From a virus: a stretch of DNA of 64,000 nucleotides. Shown here in pieces: positions 45,309 to 54,549 of the stretch. Location of the stretch: positions 18,853 through 82,852 of IMG/VR virus record IMGVR_UViG_3300036820_000011. The stretch is one strand, 5' to 3'. Made by a program: the position numbers and the translations under genes. The notes below the pieces were generated by a model. The model did not search any database. It saw only the letters and a list, made by a program, of their open reading frames with translations, and had not been told where the DNA came from. Numbering within the stretch: position 1 is the stretch's first letter; every line of letters begins with the position of its first letter.

Positions 45309-46387
45309 GCTTCCGCCTTGGGTGCGATGTACTCGAACGACCTGGTCCCCAGCCGCCGGGCGGCCGTCTGGGGCCGGTTCATGGGGGTCCTAAGTCGGTC
45401 GGACCCAGGCGTGGTGTCCCGCCACCTGGGCGACGCCTGGTAGTAGTGGATCAGCGCAGGATGGGACGTGACCGCCCGGAACCGGTATTCCTGATCCCAG
45501 AGGTACTGGCCCAGCCAGTCATTCATCCGGCCGCCGATGCCCAGGCCCTGGTAATCGGGCAGCACGACCAGCCGGTGATTCATCTTGATGTTGCGGGTGT
45601 GAGCATGCGGGAAGTGCCGGTAGGAGTCGAAGGCCACCAGATCGTCTCCGATGAACCCGCCGAAGCAGACCGCCGCCGTGGCCAGATCACCGCTCAAATA
45701 ATGATGATCTTTAAAGAGGGGCCAGACGGAACGATCGACCTGGTGGACGCGGAGGTCCAGTGCTGGCCGGGCTGGAACCGACCCCCAGGTGAGCGTATCC
45801 GTGGCGACCTCGTAGACCCAGTCCGGCTGCAGCCACTCGGCGATGTCGTAGTGGCAGGTCACAGCGACAAACCGGCGTCCACTGCGCCGTACGGACTTCT
45901 GGACGGTGTGCGAGGCGACCTTGGCGACCTGGCGGTCCACGACCGAGGTGAACTCGTCCACCACGGTCAGGCCCGGCGACTCGGCCAGGGAGCGGGCGAT
46001 GTCCGCCCGAAACTGCTCGCCGTTGGACAGGGTCCGGTACGGGCGGAGCCACACCGGCACCGAGCCGAGACCGACCGCCCCGAGCAGGCCCGTGATTTCC
46101 TTGATGCCCATCCCGGCCGGGAAGTCGTCCACCAGGGAGCGATCGGGGGACCAGCGGTGACCGTGGCTGTAGGCGTCCGGCCACAGGGCCCTAGCGACGG
46201 ACGACTTGCCGGAGCCGGACGGGCCGACCACCATGCCGACCGACCAGTCCTTCTCCTCGACCGGGAGGTGGACGTCCCAGGAGTTGGACGCCTTCTCCTC
46301 GACGGAGACATCCATCAGGGAGCTGATCTGCGCCAGCCGCGAGGTCGCCTGGACCGGTGTGCTGACCTCGACCCTCAGCTCAGGCAC
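45305..46387 (-). CDS. ABC-type ATPase fused to GNAT acyltransferase
   Basis: GPSGSGKS, LSNGEQFR, VVDEF, TCH; HHYL and RLVVLPDYQGLGIG. Confidence 0.85.
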   Translation of the reverse strand: MPELRVEVSTPVQATSRLAQISSLMDVSVEEKASNSWDVHLPVEEKDWSVGMVVGPSGSGKSSVARALWPDAYSHGHRWSPDRSLVDDFPAGMGIKEITGLLGAVGLGSVPVWLRPYRTLSNGEQFRADIARSLAESPGLTVVDEFTSVVDRQVAKVASHTVQKSVRRSGRRFVAVTCHYDIAEWLQPDWVYEVATDTLTWGSVPARPALDLRVHQVDRSVWPLFKDHHYLSGDLATAAVCFGGFIGDDLVAFDSYRHFPHAHTRNIKMNHRLVVLPDYQGLGIGGRMNDWLGQYLWDQEYRFRAVTSHPALIHYYQASPRWRDTTPGSDRLRTPMNRPQTAARRLGTRSFEYIAPKAEA

Positions 46388-46396
46388 GGGGGCACC

Positions 46397-46966
46397 TCAC
46401 GTGATCAGCGCCTTGACGTCCAGGCCCTCGGCCGTGAACCGCTCCAGCAGGGACGTCTGCTCGGCCTCGTCCGCGCAGTGGACCACCAGGGCCCATGCCT
46501 CCTGGATGGCCTCGGTGTCGGCGTCCCCCGCCTCCGGCATGACCTCGTCATGGCCGAGCAGCTTTACCAGGTCGGCGTCGGTGTAGCCGGTGCCGTACAG
46601 GAGTGCGCCCTCGGACCCGGCGTCGTTCTCCGCCGCCTCGGTGAGCAGGGCGACCAGGGCCTGTTCGTCGTACTCGCCCAGGTCTGCGGTGCGGTTCGCG
46701 GCCAGCAGGATCTTCACCGCCCTGGCGTCGTCCACGTCCACATACACCACGTCGATGGTGTCCCACTCCAGGTTCCGCGCCGCCCGCAGGGTGTGGTTCC
46801 CGGACAGGACGTGGCCCGTGCTGCGCTGGACCACGATCGGGGCGAACAGGCCGTTCGCCCGCAGCGACTCCTGGATGGCCCGCACGTCACCCCGCCGGGC
46901 GTTCCTCGGATGGAGGGTCACCGAGCCGATCGGCACCCGTTCCACCTTGTTGACCAAAGATCCCAT
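46397..46966 (-). CDS. ParB/Srx-like domain protein
   Basis: HPRNARRGDV.AI.ESL...G...PIVV...VLSGNH...AA, LAANRT.DL. Confidence 0.85.
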   Translation of the reverse strand: MGSLVNKVERVPIGSVTLHPRNARRGDVRAIQESLRANGLFAPIVVQRSTGHVLSGNHTLRAARNLEWDTIDVVYVDVDDARAVKILLAANRTADLGEYDEQALVALLTEAAENDAGSEGALLYGTGYTDADLVKLLGHDEVMPEAGDADTEAIQEAWALVVHCADEAEQTSLLERFTAEGLDVKALIT

Positions 46967-47008
46967 TACCGCTCCCTGCCCGTCGTGGCCTGCTGGCCAT
47001 TGTGCCGC

Positions 47009-47305
47009 CTACAGCGAGGGGGTCATCCCCAGCGCCAGCCCGCTCCCGGGCATCTGCCTATCGACCCACTCCGCGCAGCCGCCGTGGGCGACCGCCGGAG
47101 CGACCAGGTCGTCCATCCCGCAGACGCAGCAGGTGCCGGGCGCGGGATACGGGCACCTGATGACCGGGCGCAGGCCCTGGGCGGCGGCGAGGCGGTACGG
47201 TCGCTCCCGGCGGTAGGCGGCGTACATGAGCAGCAGTCGGAGACCGGCCACGAGGCAGGCAGTGGCGGTCAGGTCACCGATCAGCCAGACAGCTATGATC
47301 ATCAC
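47009..47305 (-). CDS. membrane-anchored Cys-rich hypothetical protein
   Basis: TM + CCVC...H.GC. Confidence 0.5.
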   Translation of the reverse strand: MMIIAVWLIGDLTATACLVAGLRLLLMYAAYRRERPYRLAAAQGLRPVIRCPYPAPGTCCVCGMDDLVAPAVAHGGCAEWVDRQMPGSGLALGMTPSL

Positions 47306-47817
47306 GGCTCCCAGTCGTCGTCATCGGTGTACGCCGGGTCCAGCAGTTCAGGGAACCACCGCGCGGCGTCGCTGCTGTCCGACCAGTCATACCCGGTACC
47401 ACTGATCCGTTCAATGGTGTCAGGAACCTCCGGTAGCCGGTAGGCAGAGCAGGCACGGAGCAGCGTGACCAGATGCTCCGACACCCGGCCACCGAGGGAG
47501 TGGGCCATGTTCTCGGCCGCGTGCCGCATCGCGTTGCGCTGGTCTCCGGGCACAGCTCCCAGAAGACCGGTGATCAGTGTCTGCTCCAGCCCCTCGGCCA
47601 GTCTCCGCTGCCGCACCGCAGCGGCGAGCACGGTCTGAACCCCGAACGCACCCGACGAAGCAGCGGCACACCACAGGGCGTCCGGGAAGTCCCTGCCGCC
47701 GTCGGCGTATCCGTCGTGCGGCACCGGCACCTGGGCCCAGATCTCCGCGCTTTGTGTCCGCAAGCGCTGGATCGCGGCCTCGCGCCAGTCCGGGTCGTCC
47801 ACTGACCTGTTCACCAT
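47302..47817 (-). CDS. hypothetical protein
   Basis: GAGAGG RBS. Confidence 0.55.
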   Translation of the reverse strand: MVNRSVDDPDWREAAIQRLRTQSAEIWAQVPVPHDGYADGGRDFPDALWCAAASSGAFGVQTVLAAAVRQRRLAEGLEQTLITGLLGAVPGDQRNAMRHAAENMAHSLGGRVSEHLVTLLRACSAYRLPEVPDTIERISGTGYDWSDSSDAARWFPELLDPAYTDDDDWEP

Positions 47818-47917
47818 GTGTTCCTCTCTGCGCACTTGCCGTAGAAGATCCGCATCGCCAGGTGCCACGGGGTGAACCGCAGTCTCAGGCAGTGGCCGCA
47901 CACGGGCCAGTTCAGGA

Positions 47918-48205
47918 TCATCCCCATCCCCAGACGTCGTTGACCGCCGTCATCAGCCGCTGGAGCGTCGGCTCCGCCACGTGGGCCCTCACCTCGCCGT
48001 AGCGCCACACCTGCTCGTGGAACAGGCCGTCCTCGAACCAGACCCGGCCGTTGAACTCCCGCCCCGCGTGGTGGCCCCAGACACGCCCGGTCCGCAGGCG
48101 GTCCTCGAAGCCGTCATCGATCGTGTACATGAAGTTCGACATGCCTGTCCAGTCCGGCAGCTCCGCGTAGCCCTCCGGCACTCCCCTGATCTCCTGCCGG
48201 TTCAC
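47918..48205 (-). CDS. hypothetical protein
   Basis: GTGA overlap; AAGGGG RBS. Confidence 0.6.
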   Translation of the reverse strand: MNRQEIRGVPEGYAELPDWTGMSNFMYTIDDGFEDRLRTGRVWGHHAGREFNGRVWFEDGLFHEQVWRYGEVRAHVAEPTLQRLMTAVNDVWGWG

Positions 48206-48417
48206 AGCTCGATCCCCTTGCTCCGGAGCCATTCGATGGTCAGTTGCCTGGTCTGCGCTTCACTGACGGCCGACCAGATCACTGCCTGCGGGTCGAGCCC
48301 GGCGACCAGGATCGCCTGCTCCAGAATCTCATGATCGCCAGGCTCATCCGGCAGCTGCCCTTCGTCGTATGCTGTACCGGCCAGCCGAACGATCAGTGAC
48401 GCCTCGCGCTCGTTCAC
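48202..48417 (-). CDS. hypothetical protein
   Basis: Coupled overlaps. Confidence 0.5.
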   Translation of the reverse strand: MNEREASLIVRLAGTAYDEGQLPDEPGDHEILEQAILVAGLDPQAVIWSAVSEAQTRQLTIEWLRSKGIEL

Positions 48418-48824
48418 CGGAACGTCCACCACCCGTCGTAGCCGTCCGGGATCTCCGGGAAGTTCTCCAGCATCGGCCGGAGCAGCGCCATCTGCTGTGC
48501 GACCGTCTCCGGCCTCTCCGCGCCCCAGTACCCGGTGCCGTCCCAGCGTGCCCAGCAGTCGCCGCCGTACCGACTGTCCAGGTCGGCCGACAGGACGGCG
48601 ACCGGGTCCAGCGGATCGACCGGCTCCTTCAGGTTCTGACTCCAGAGCCCGAGAACGCCGACACAGGCCCGGGTCTCGCCATCCTTGCGGCGGTACCAGA
48701 CAGCATCGATCTTCGCGTGGACGGAGAACCGGCCGCCGTGGTCGTACAGCTCGCCGTCCCGGAAGGTAGCCAGGTCGACTGCGAACGGCTTGTGCGACAT
48801 GACGAACTTCTCTTCCCGCTTCAT
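48414..48824 (-). CDS. hypothetical protein
   Basis: GAGGG RBS; G/C-ending codons. Confidence 0.6.
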   Translation of the reverse strand: MKREEKFVMSHKPFAVDLATFRDGELYDHGGRFSVHAKIDAVWYRRKDGETRACVGVLGLWSQNLKEPVDPLDPVAVLSADLDSRYGGDCWARWDGTGYWGAERPETVAQQMALLRPMLENFPEIPDGYDGWWTFR

Positions 48825-49201
48825 CGGTCTGTTCCCCTCTGTCCGTCATCGGCCGTACTGTCCGTACCGGTCCCGCTACCGGATGGTTCGCCCAGTAATG
48901 CATCGGCGATTTCCGGCCACTGGTGACCGGCCCTGCGGTGCGCCCTCAGGTGGCGGCGCATCCGCGAATCGCTCCAGGGGCCCTGTACGGGCCTCGCAGC
49001 CCCTCGCCGGTACCGGAGCCCGGGACGCAGCCCGCAGGCCGTACAGAGCCACCCTGAGGCCGTCTCACGGTGCACGGTGACCCGGACCTCCGCCGCCGGT
49101 CGGTCGGCGCGGCGGTCCAGCCGGACGGCGGCCACGACCAGGACGATCTCCACGAGGACGGCGGCCGTGGTGCCGGTGATGATCCAGACGGCGCTGCTCA
49201 C
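48821..49201 (-). CDS. membrane-anchored hypothetical protein
   Basis: N-terminal TM; CxxC...H...H. Confidence 0.45.
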   Translation of the reverse strand: MSSAVWIITGTTAAVLVEIVLVVAAVRLDRRADRPAAEVRVTVHRETASGWLCTACGLRPGLRYRRGAARPVQGPWSDSRMRRHLRAHRRAGHQWPEIADALLGEPSGSGTGTDSTADDGQRGTDR

Positions 49202-49629
49202 TGATCCAATTCCCTTCTAAAACCAATGGTCATTGGTCCGCTGCTTTTGTGTTTCCGGGAAGAACGGCCACGTCAACGGGGTTCCCGGCTTGATCCATGC
49301 GGGCGGCTCTCACAGCCCGCGCCTCCGTTCCGTGACTGTGACCGCCAGGTCGCCCGCCGCGCTGCGCCTGCTCCGCCAGGTGGCCACGGCCCGGCTGAAG
49401 CGGTCCTCCCGCCTCAGGTGGCTGCGCCGCCCATACTTCGCGAGGATCTTGCACTCCTGCCCGGCGGCGGCACCGCACTCCCAGCAGGGCACCGCGACCG
49501 CGTCGGCAGGCTTCGGGTGCTTGCGCTCCCAGTCGTCCCGGGCCCGCCGACCGATCTCCGCCGGGCTGTCCGTGCTGCTGTCCATCGATCTTCCTTTCCG
49601 TGGTCTTTGATCTTCCTTAACGATCGTTC

Positions 49630-49715
49630 AGTGTATAGTTGTGTAGGGTTCTCCGCTGACCCACACGCACGCACTAATTGCTGGTTCAGCGGAGAACCCT
49701 ACACAACTATACACT
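49630..49715. repeat. perfect 30-bp inverted repeat with 26-nt spacer (candidate replication origin)
   Basis: agtgtatagttgtgtagggttctccgctga (49630-49659) / tcagcggagaaccctacacaactatacact (49686-49715). Confidence 0.85.
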
Positions 49716-49723
49716 TTTGCAGG

Positions 49724-52054
49724 TCACAGCGTTTCGCCCTCTTCGGGATCTTGCAGTGAAAGTCCCATGTAACGGTTCCCCGACGACCCCCGGCGGCGTT
49801 CGTGCCCCTTGGTGACCATCGCCTCCCCGAAGGTGGTCGAATTGCCCGCATATTCGTTGTTCGCCGAGCACCACACCGCCCACGCCTGGAACAGCTCCGA
49901 CGCCTTCACCGACTGCCGGGGGACGGAGACCGTGCACTCGCCCAGGAACCGCCCCAGGGCGTCCGTGTCGGCCCGGTAGGCGGCCGTGCGCTCCGCCACC
50001 GCCCCCGGGGCCCGCAGACCCATCCTCCGGAACTCCTGGAGCCCTTCCAGGGCCCAGGCCAGGACCGCCCCGCCGTCCCGGCACAGCCGCTGCGGGAGGT
50101 CGTGGTCCTGCTCGTCCTCGGTGAAGACCCGTTCGAAGGGCACCACCCGGAGCCGCCGCCAGCAGGCCGGGTCGTCGCTCACGCGCGGCAGCTTGTTCGT
50201 GATCATGACGAGGGTGTGGGTGGGGGCGAACTCGACCGGGTCCATCCGCATCCGCCGGGCCCGGATGTCCTCACCGCCGGTCAGCCGCTTCATCGTGGAC
50301 TCATCGAACCGCCGACCTGCCTCGGTCTCCGAGATGAAGACCATGCGCGCGCCCATCAGGTCCATCCGCTCGGTGCTGTGGCCCTCGTGCTTGCTGGCGA
50401 TCAGCATCTCCGGGTCGACCTCGATCGAGTAGTCGCCGAACGCGGCCTTGACCGCGTCCCGCAAGGTGCTCTTGCCGTTCGCGCCCTCGCCGGTGAAGAT
50501 CGGCATCACGTGCTCGGTGACCCGCCCCAGCATCGCGTAGCCGACCAGGCGCTGGACGAACCGGCGGACGGCGTCGTCGGGCAGCACCTCCGCCACGAAG
50601 GCCCGGAACTCGGTGCCGTCCCCGCCCGGCGTGAACGGTGCCAGCTTCGTAATGAGGTCGTCGGGGTCCGGTGGCCGGATCTCGCCTGTGGTCAGGTCCA
50701 GCGTGCCGCCCGCCGTGTTGAACAGGTCCCCGTCGGCGTCGAGGCGCTCGGCAGCCACGGAGAACACCTCCAGCGAGGAAGCGATCTTCAGGATGCCCTC
50801 GATCCCGCCCGCCGACTCGCACTTGCGGACGTCCTGGTACAGGGCGTCCCGGGCGCGGGTCTCCAGCTCCTCCAGTCCCCGCAGGGAGGTCTTGAGGACG
50901 TCGACCACGGCCCGCACCGCGAACCGGTCCTTGTCCTCGGTCCACCGCTGGCCGTCCCACACGTGCCAGCCGACCCCGTGGGCGTGCAGCAGCCTCCCGG
51001 TGTACTGCACCGCCAGGCGCTCCGCCATCCTCAGCTGGCCCCGGTGCATCTCGTTGACGGCGTCGGGGTCCTCGTCCGCGACGGGCGGCTCGTACGGTGC
51101 GGCGGTCCCCTCGTCCAGGGAGCGCCGGATCGTCCAGGCGATCCGGGGGTCGTCGGTGCCGCGCTCCCGCACGGCCGCCAGCAGCTGCTCCTCGGCGGAC
51201 TCCCGGGAGATCCAGCCGCGCGGGATGTACTGGCCGATCATGTAGGCCATGCGGTTGGTGGTCGCGTTGCCGGTCCCCGGTGCGGCGTCGCGCACGGCCG
51301 CGACCTTCTCGGCGACCGACGCGGCGAGCCATCCCGGGACCGCGCGCCGGACTGCGGGAGCAGGTGGTGGCTGGCCGGGCTCCGGCGGCCCGGCGATGTC
51401 CTCGATGATCCCGAACTCCCGCAGCAGGCCGGTCAGCCAGCCGGGGGGCACGGCCACGGCCGCGTCCCGGACGGTCCGGTAGGCCCCCTTGCCGGAGACC
51501 GAGGGCGGGGCCACCACCTGGCCGCCGTCGCCCTTGACGTCGATGTCCGGGTAGCGGTCGCCGAACACCCGGCTGTCGCTCTTGACCGTCGTCCCGGGCG
51601 GCATCCGGAAGTAGTACTGGGTGCCGCCGCCGCCGGTCCGGACCGTGTGGGTGTCCGGCAGGTCCCCGTACTCGGTGGTCAGCGCGACCAGCGAGTCCAG
51701 GCCCTGCTTGTAGGTGCCGTCCGGGCGCAGGCCCTCGTCCACGTCCAGAACCCAGAACCCGGAGGCGGCTCCGGTGGCGATCCCGATGTTGGCGCTCCGG
51801 TGCTCTGCCCAGACGGCGGCGATCGTCTGCGGGTCGCCGGTGGCCTGCCGGGTCCAGTCGCCCAGCATCGGGTGCTTGCCCGCCGACGCGCACGCGGCCG
51901 TCCAGCTCACCCCCAGGCAGCTGCACTGTCCACGGTCGGTGATCCAGTGGACCGGCAGTACCTTCCAGCCGCGCTCCCCGTAGCCCAGTGCCGCGTACGC
52001 GCGCGGGAACTCCCGGGCGAACGCCTCCTCGTCGGTGTCGACGTCTGTGGTCAC
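49724..52054 (-). CDS. bifunctional primase-polymerase fused to D5/P4-type SF3 helicase
   Basis: GKHP, NIGIATG, VLDVD, RTGGGG, IDVKG.GG.VVAPPS; GEGANGKST, KRLTGG, WRRL..VPF. Confidence 0.92.
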   Translation of the reverse strand: MTTDVDTDEEAFAREFPRAYAALGYGERGWKVLPVHWITDRGQCSCLGVSWTAACASAGKHPMLGDWTRQATGDPQTIAAVWAEHRSANIGIATGAASGFWVLDVDEGLRPDGTYKQGLDSLVALTTEYGDLPDTHTVRTGGGGTQYYFRMPPGTTVKSDSRVFGDRYPDIDVKGDGGQVVAPPSVSGKGAYRTVRDAAVAVPPGWLTGLLREFGIIEDIAGPPEPGQPPPAPAVRRAVPGWLAASVAEKVAAVRDAAPGTGNATTNRMAYMIGQYIPRGWISRESAEEQLLAAVRERGTDDPRIAWTIRRSLDEGTAAPYEPPVADEDPDAVNEMHRGQLRMAERLAVQYTGRLLHAHGVGWHVWDGQRWTEDKDRFAVRAVVDVLKTSLRGLEELETRARDALYQDVRKCESAGGIEGILKIASSLEVFSVAAERLDADGDLFNTAGGTLDLTTGEIRPPDPDDLITKLAPFTPGGDGTEFRAFVAEVLPDDAVRRFVQRLVGYAMLGRVTEHVMPIFTGEGANGKSTLRDAVKAAFGDYSIEVDPEMLIASKHEGHSTERMDLMGARMVFISETEAGRRFDESTMKRLTGGEDIRARRMRMDPVEFAPTHTLVMITNKLPRVSDDPACWRRLRVVPFERVFTEDEQDHDLPQRLCRDGGAVLAWALEGLQEFRRMGLRAPGAVAERTAAYRADTDALGRFLGECTVSVPRQSVKASELFQAWAVWCSANNEYAGNSTTFGEAMVTKGHERRRGSSGNRYMGLSLQDPEEGETL

Positions 52055-52093
52055 GTGTCCCCCTCCTTCGGTCGGTGGTCGGTGTTCGGGAGA

Positions 52094-52660
52094 CTACGCG
52101 GAGCGGGAGGCGTCGTCTGCGGTGTGCGGCGCGATCAGTGCGTCCAGTTCAGGGATGGAGACGAATACTTGATCAAGACCGTTCACGTACCTGGTCAGTT
52201 GTTTCGTACGGAGCCAGGTATTGATGCGGCACAGGGGCACTCCTGCACGCCGCGCGGCAGCAGTTCTGCGCAGGAACGGTCGCTCCGGCGGCACGTAAAC
52301 CGCTTCGGGTTCACGTACCTGACGGCGTGATCGGTACGGGATGGACCGCTGGGTGTTGACCTGCGGAGTGACAGGATCGCCGTGCCAGGGGTTCCAGCAG
52401 GCATGGACCCGGCACAGGTGGTCTATATCCAGTTCCTGTGGGAGGTCTCCACGGAGCAGGTGCCATGAAACCCGGTGCGCAGAATACACATGGCCCCAAC
52501 CAGTGCTGCACGCAGAGTAATTGGTGCGCTTCGTGTTTTTCGGTACCCAGCAGTACGGGTGCAACCCCCTGACCAGGCAGGGGACCTCGATGGACCGCAC
52601 AGTCAGGCGTTCGATCATCTGGAACGCGGTGTCGGGGATCGGACGGCCAAGGCGGCTCAC
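52094..52660 (-). CDS. HNH endonuclease with C-terminal HTH
   Basis: CW, AHRVSW, IDHLCR...C.NP.H...VT...N. Confidence 0.85.
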   Translation of the reverse strand: MSRLGRPIPDTAFQMIERLTVRSIEVPCLVRGLHPYCWVPKNTKRTNYSACSTGWGHVYSAHRVSWHLLRGDLPQELDIDHLCRVHACWNPWHGDPVTPQVNTQRSIPYRSRRQVREPEAVYVPPERPFLRRTAAARRAGVPLCRINTWLRTKQLTRYVNGLDQVFVSIPELDALIAPHTADDASRSA

Positions 52661-52878
52661 GGCGTGACGCTCTTCTCTTCGTCGGTCACCGGAATGTCCC
52701 GGCCGGTGATCCGGTCCAGCTCCAGTGTCTGGATCACGACCCGTGCACGTCGTGATCCGCGTCGGGTGTGCTTGGTCAATGTGCCGTCCGCCAGCCATCG
52801 GGCCACCGTGCGGATGTGCACCCCGGCACGTTCGGCCGCCTGCTTCTGGGTGAGGTATTGCGGGGTGTCAGGAGTCAT
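52657..52878 (-). CDS. excisionase/MerR-like HTH DNA-binding protein
   Basis: YLTQKQAAERAGVHIRTVARWLADG.L. Confidence 0.8.
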   Translation of the reverse strand: MTPDTPQYLTQKQAAERAGVHIRTVARWLADGTLTKHTRRGSRRARVVIQTLELDRITGRDIPVTDEEKSVTP

Positions 52879-52907
52879 GGGTCCACCATAGCAGTTCTCG
52901 CCAGTTA

Positions 52908-52936
52908 TTGACAGATACCGTCATGCCGAATATTCT
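52908..52936 (+). promoter_or_regulatory. sigma70/HrdB-type promoter
   Basis: TTGACA-17 nt-TATTCT at the divergence point. Confidence 0.75.
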
Positions 52937-52974
52937 GGAGGGGACGCACCGACCAACGACCGAAGGACTGCCCC

Positions 52975-53175
52975 ATGACCGCCCAGAGGATCACCATCGC
53001 CGACCTGGCCACGGAACTCGGCCACACGCACACCCACTACGTGACCACTGCGGTCTCCGCCCTGGCGAAGCGGCACGGACCCACCCGGGTGATCGCCGAG
53101 GCCCACGGCTTCCGGCTCACCGTGCTGACCGGCTGGGGAGCCGACCAGGTGCGCAGCGCGCTGGCGACGCCGTGA
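52975..53175 (+). CDS. hypothetical protein (paralogue 1)
   Basis: GAAGGA RBS. Confidence 0.6.
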   Translation: MTAQRITIADLATELGHTHTHYVTTAVSALAKRHGPTRVIAEAHGFRLTVLTGWGADQVRSALATP

Positions 53176-53381
53176 GCGCCCCGCTGACCGTGGGCGCGCT
53201 CGCCCGGGAGCTGCGCCCCGCCGACGTCCGGGACATCGGGCTGATCGTGAGGCGGCTGGTCTTCGTGTTCGGGGCGGCGGACGTGATCGCCGAACCGGGG
53301 CCCGTCCGGACCGCTGTCCTGACCGACTGGGGCGCGCAGCAGGTGCGCCAGTACTTCGACCGGAAAGGGAACGGATCATGA
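53172..53381 (+). CDS. hypothetical protein (paralogue 2)
   Basis: Shares T..DLA.EL and VIAE...VLT.WGA.QVR with the upstream gene. Confidence 0.6.
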   Translation: MSAPLTVGALARELRPADVRDIGLIVRRLVFVFGAADVIAEPGPVRTAVLTDWGAQQVRQYFDRKGNGS

Positions 53382-53698
53382 ACGACTACGAGCGGGCACG
53401 GGACGGCCTGGTAGCGCAGCTCCCGACTCAGATCCTGAGCAGGGACTACGTGGCCGAGTTCGAGATCGCCGTTCGTGCCGATCAGCGGGAGCAGGATATC
53501 CCGGAGATGGCAGGTGCTCGTCTCGTTACCGGGATCTACCGGGTTGAGCCGGACGAGATTGCCGGTGTCCAGGGCTCTGTCTCGCTTCGGGTTCTCGGCG
53601 GTCCGAAGAGGTACGTCCGGATCTTCGACGGCTCAGACCGCTTGGAGAACGGCTGGACCCTCTACGGGTCGGCCCTGACGCTGTGGGAGGTGTCATGA
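53378..53698 (+). CDS. hypothetical protein
   Basis: ATGA overlaps; atypical codon usage. Confidence 0.55.
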   Translation: MNDYERARDGLVAQLPTQILSRDYVAEFEIAVRADQREQDIPEMAGARLVTGIYRVEPDEIAGVQGSVSLRVLGGPKRYVRIFDGSDRLENGWTLYGSALTLWEVS

Positions 53699-53949
53699 AG
53701 TTCACCATGACCCAACCGGCAGACCCGGGTACGGAGTTCGCACCGGACTGCTTCGCTGGCGACGTCGGCAGGCAGATACCGATGGACCTCGGTGGCCGCA
53801 CCGTGACGGCCACGATCACCGCTGTGAAGATCAGTGACAGCGGTCGATCGGCGGACATCACCTACGAGATCCCGGACGACGATCCGTTCGCCCGCCGACT
53901 CACCGGGTTCGGACTGCAGGGCATCAGCATCGACGGTGACCAGTCGTGA
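53695..53949 (+). CDS. hypothetical protein
   Basis: GGAGG RBS. Confidence 0.55.
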   Translation: MKFTMTQPADPGTEFAPDCFAGDVGRQIPMDLGGRTVTATITAVKISDSGRSADITYEIPDDDPFARRLTGFGLQGISIDGDQS

Positions 53950-54082
53950 AGTCGATGCTCGGCACCGCTCTGGCGGTCGCCGTCGTCCTCGCCGCCATCT
54001 GGTGCTTCGGCAAGGCCAGCGACCCGGCCGGGATGACCGCGCCCGCACCCTCCGTGCACGTGACCGCTCCGGCGGTGCAGCG

Positions 54083-54328
54083 ATGACGTACGCGGACATC
54101 GTCCGCGCAGCCCTGCTGACGGACGACAGCCGGGTGTGCCGCTGCTGGCCGCACGGACCGGACGACCCGTGCCTGTGCAACGGCCGGTACGCCAGCGGCG
54201 CATCCGGCTGCTGCGCCGGGCACGAGCCTGGATGCTGCTGCGACATCGGCTGGGACTGCGAACACGCTGCCGGACAGCGCGCCGCTGGTGCGAAGTTCTG
54301 GACAGAGCTGAAGGAGGGCAGCCCGTGA
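54083..54328 (+). CDS. Cys-rich (metallothionein-like) small protein
   Basis: CRC, CLC, CC, CCC, C.H clusters. Confidence 0.5.
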   Translation: MTYADIVRAALLTDDSRVCRCWPHGPDDPCLCNGRYASGASGCCAGHEPGCCCDIGWDCEHAAGQRAAGAKFWTELKEGSP

Positions 54329-54549
54329 GCACCGGCCTGGACGAGACGCTGACCGCGAAGCAGAACGCGTTCCGGCGCACGCTCTGGACCCGCGAAGAGG
54401 TGCTGGGCCTGCTGCTGCTCCAGCGCCGGGACGACGCGGCTGCGATCCGTGCGCACGTCGTGACACCCGGCCACTGCGCGGGCTGTGACATGGCGAACGT
54501 CATCGCTGATGAGATCGACCCGACGACCAACGGAGGAACCGGTGCCTGA
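54325..54549 (+). CDS. hypothetical protein
   Basis: AAGGAGG RBS, GTGA overlap. Confidence 0.55.
   Translation: MSTGLDETLTAKQNAFRRTLWTREEVLGLLLLQRRDDAAAIRAHVVTPGHCAGCDMANVIADEIDPTTNGGTGA

Noticed and set aside
45305-46387. ABC transporter
   Set aside because: No permease or substrate-binding gene nearby; the ATPase is fused to a GNAT
52657-52878. Excisionase implying an integration module
   Set aside because: No tyrosine or serine integrase or att site recognisable in the window; lifestyle cannot be determined
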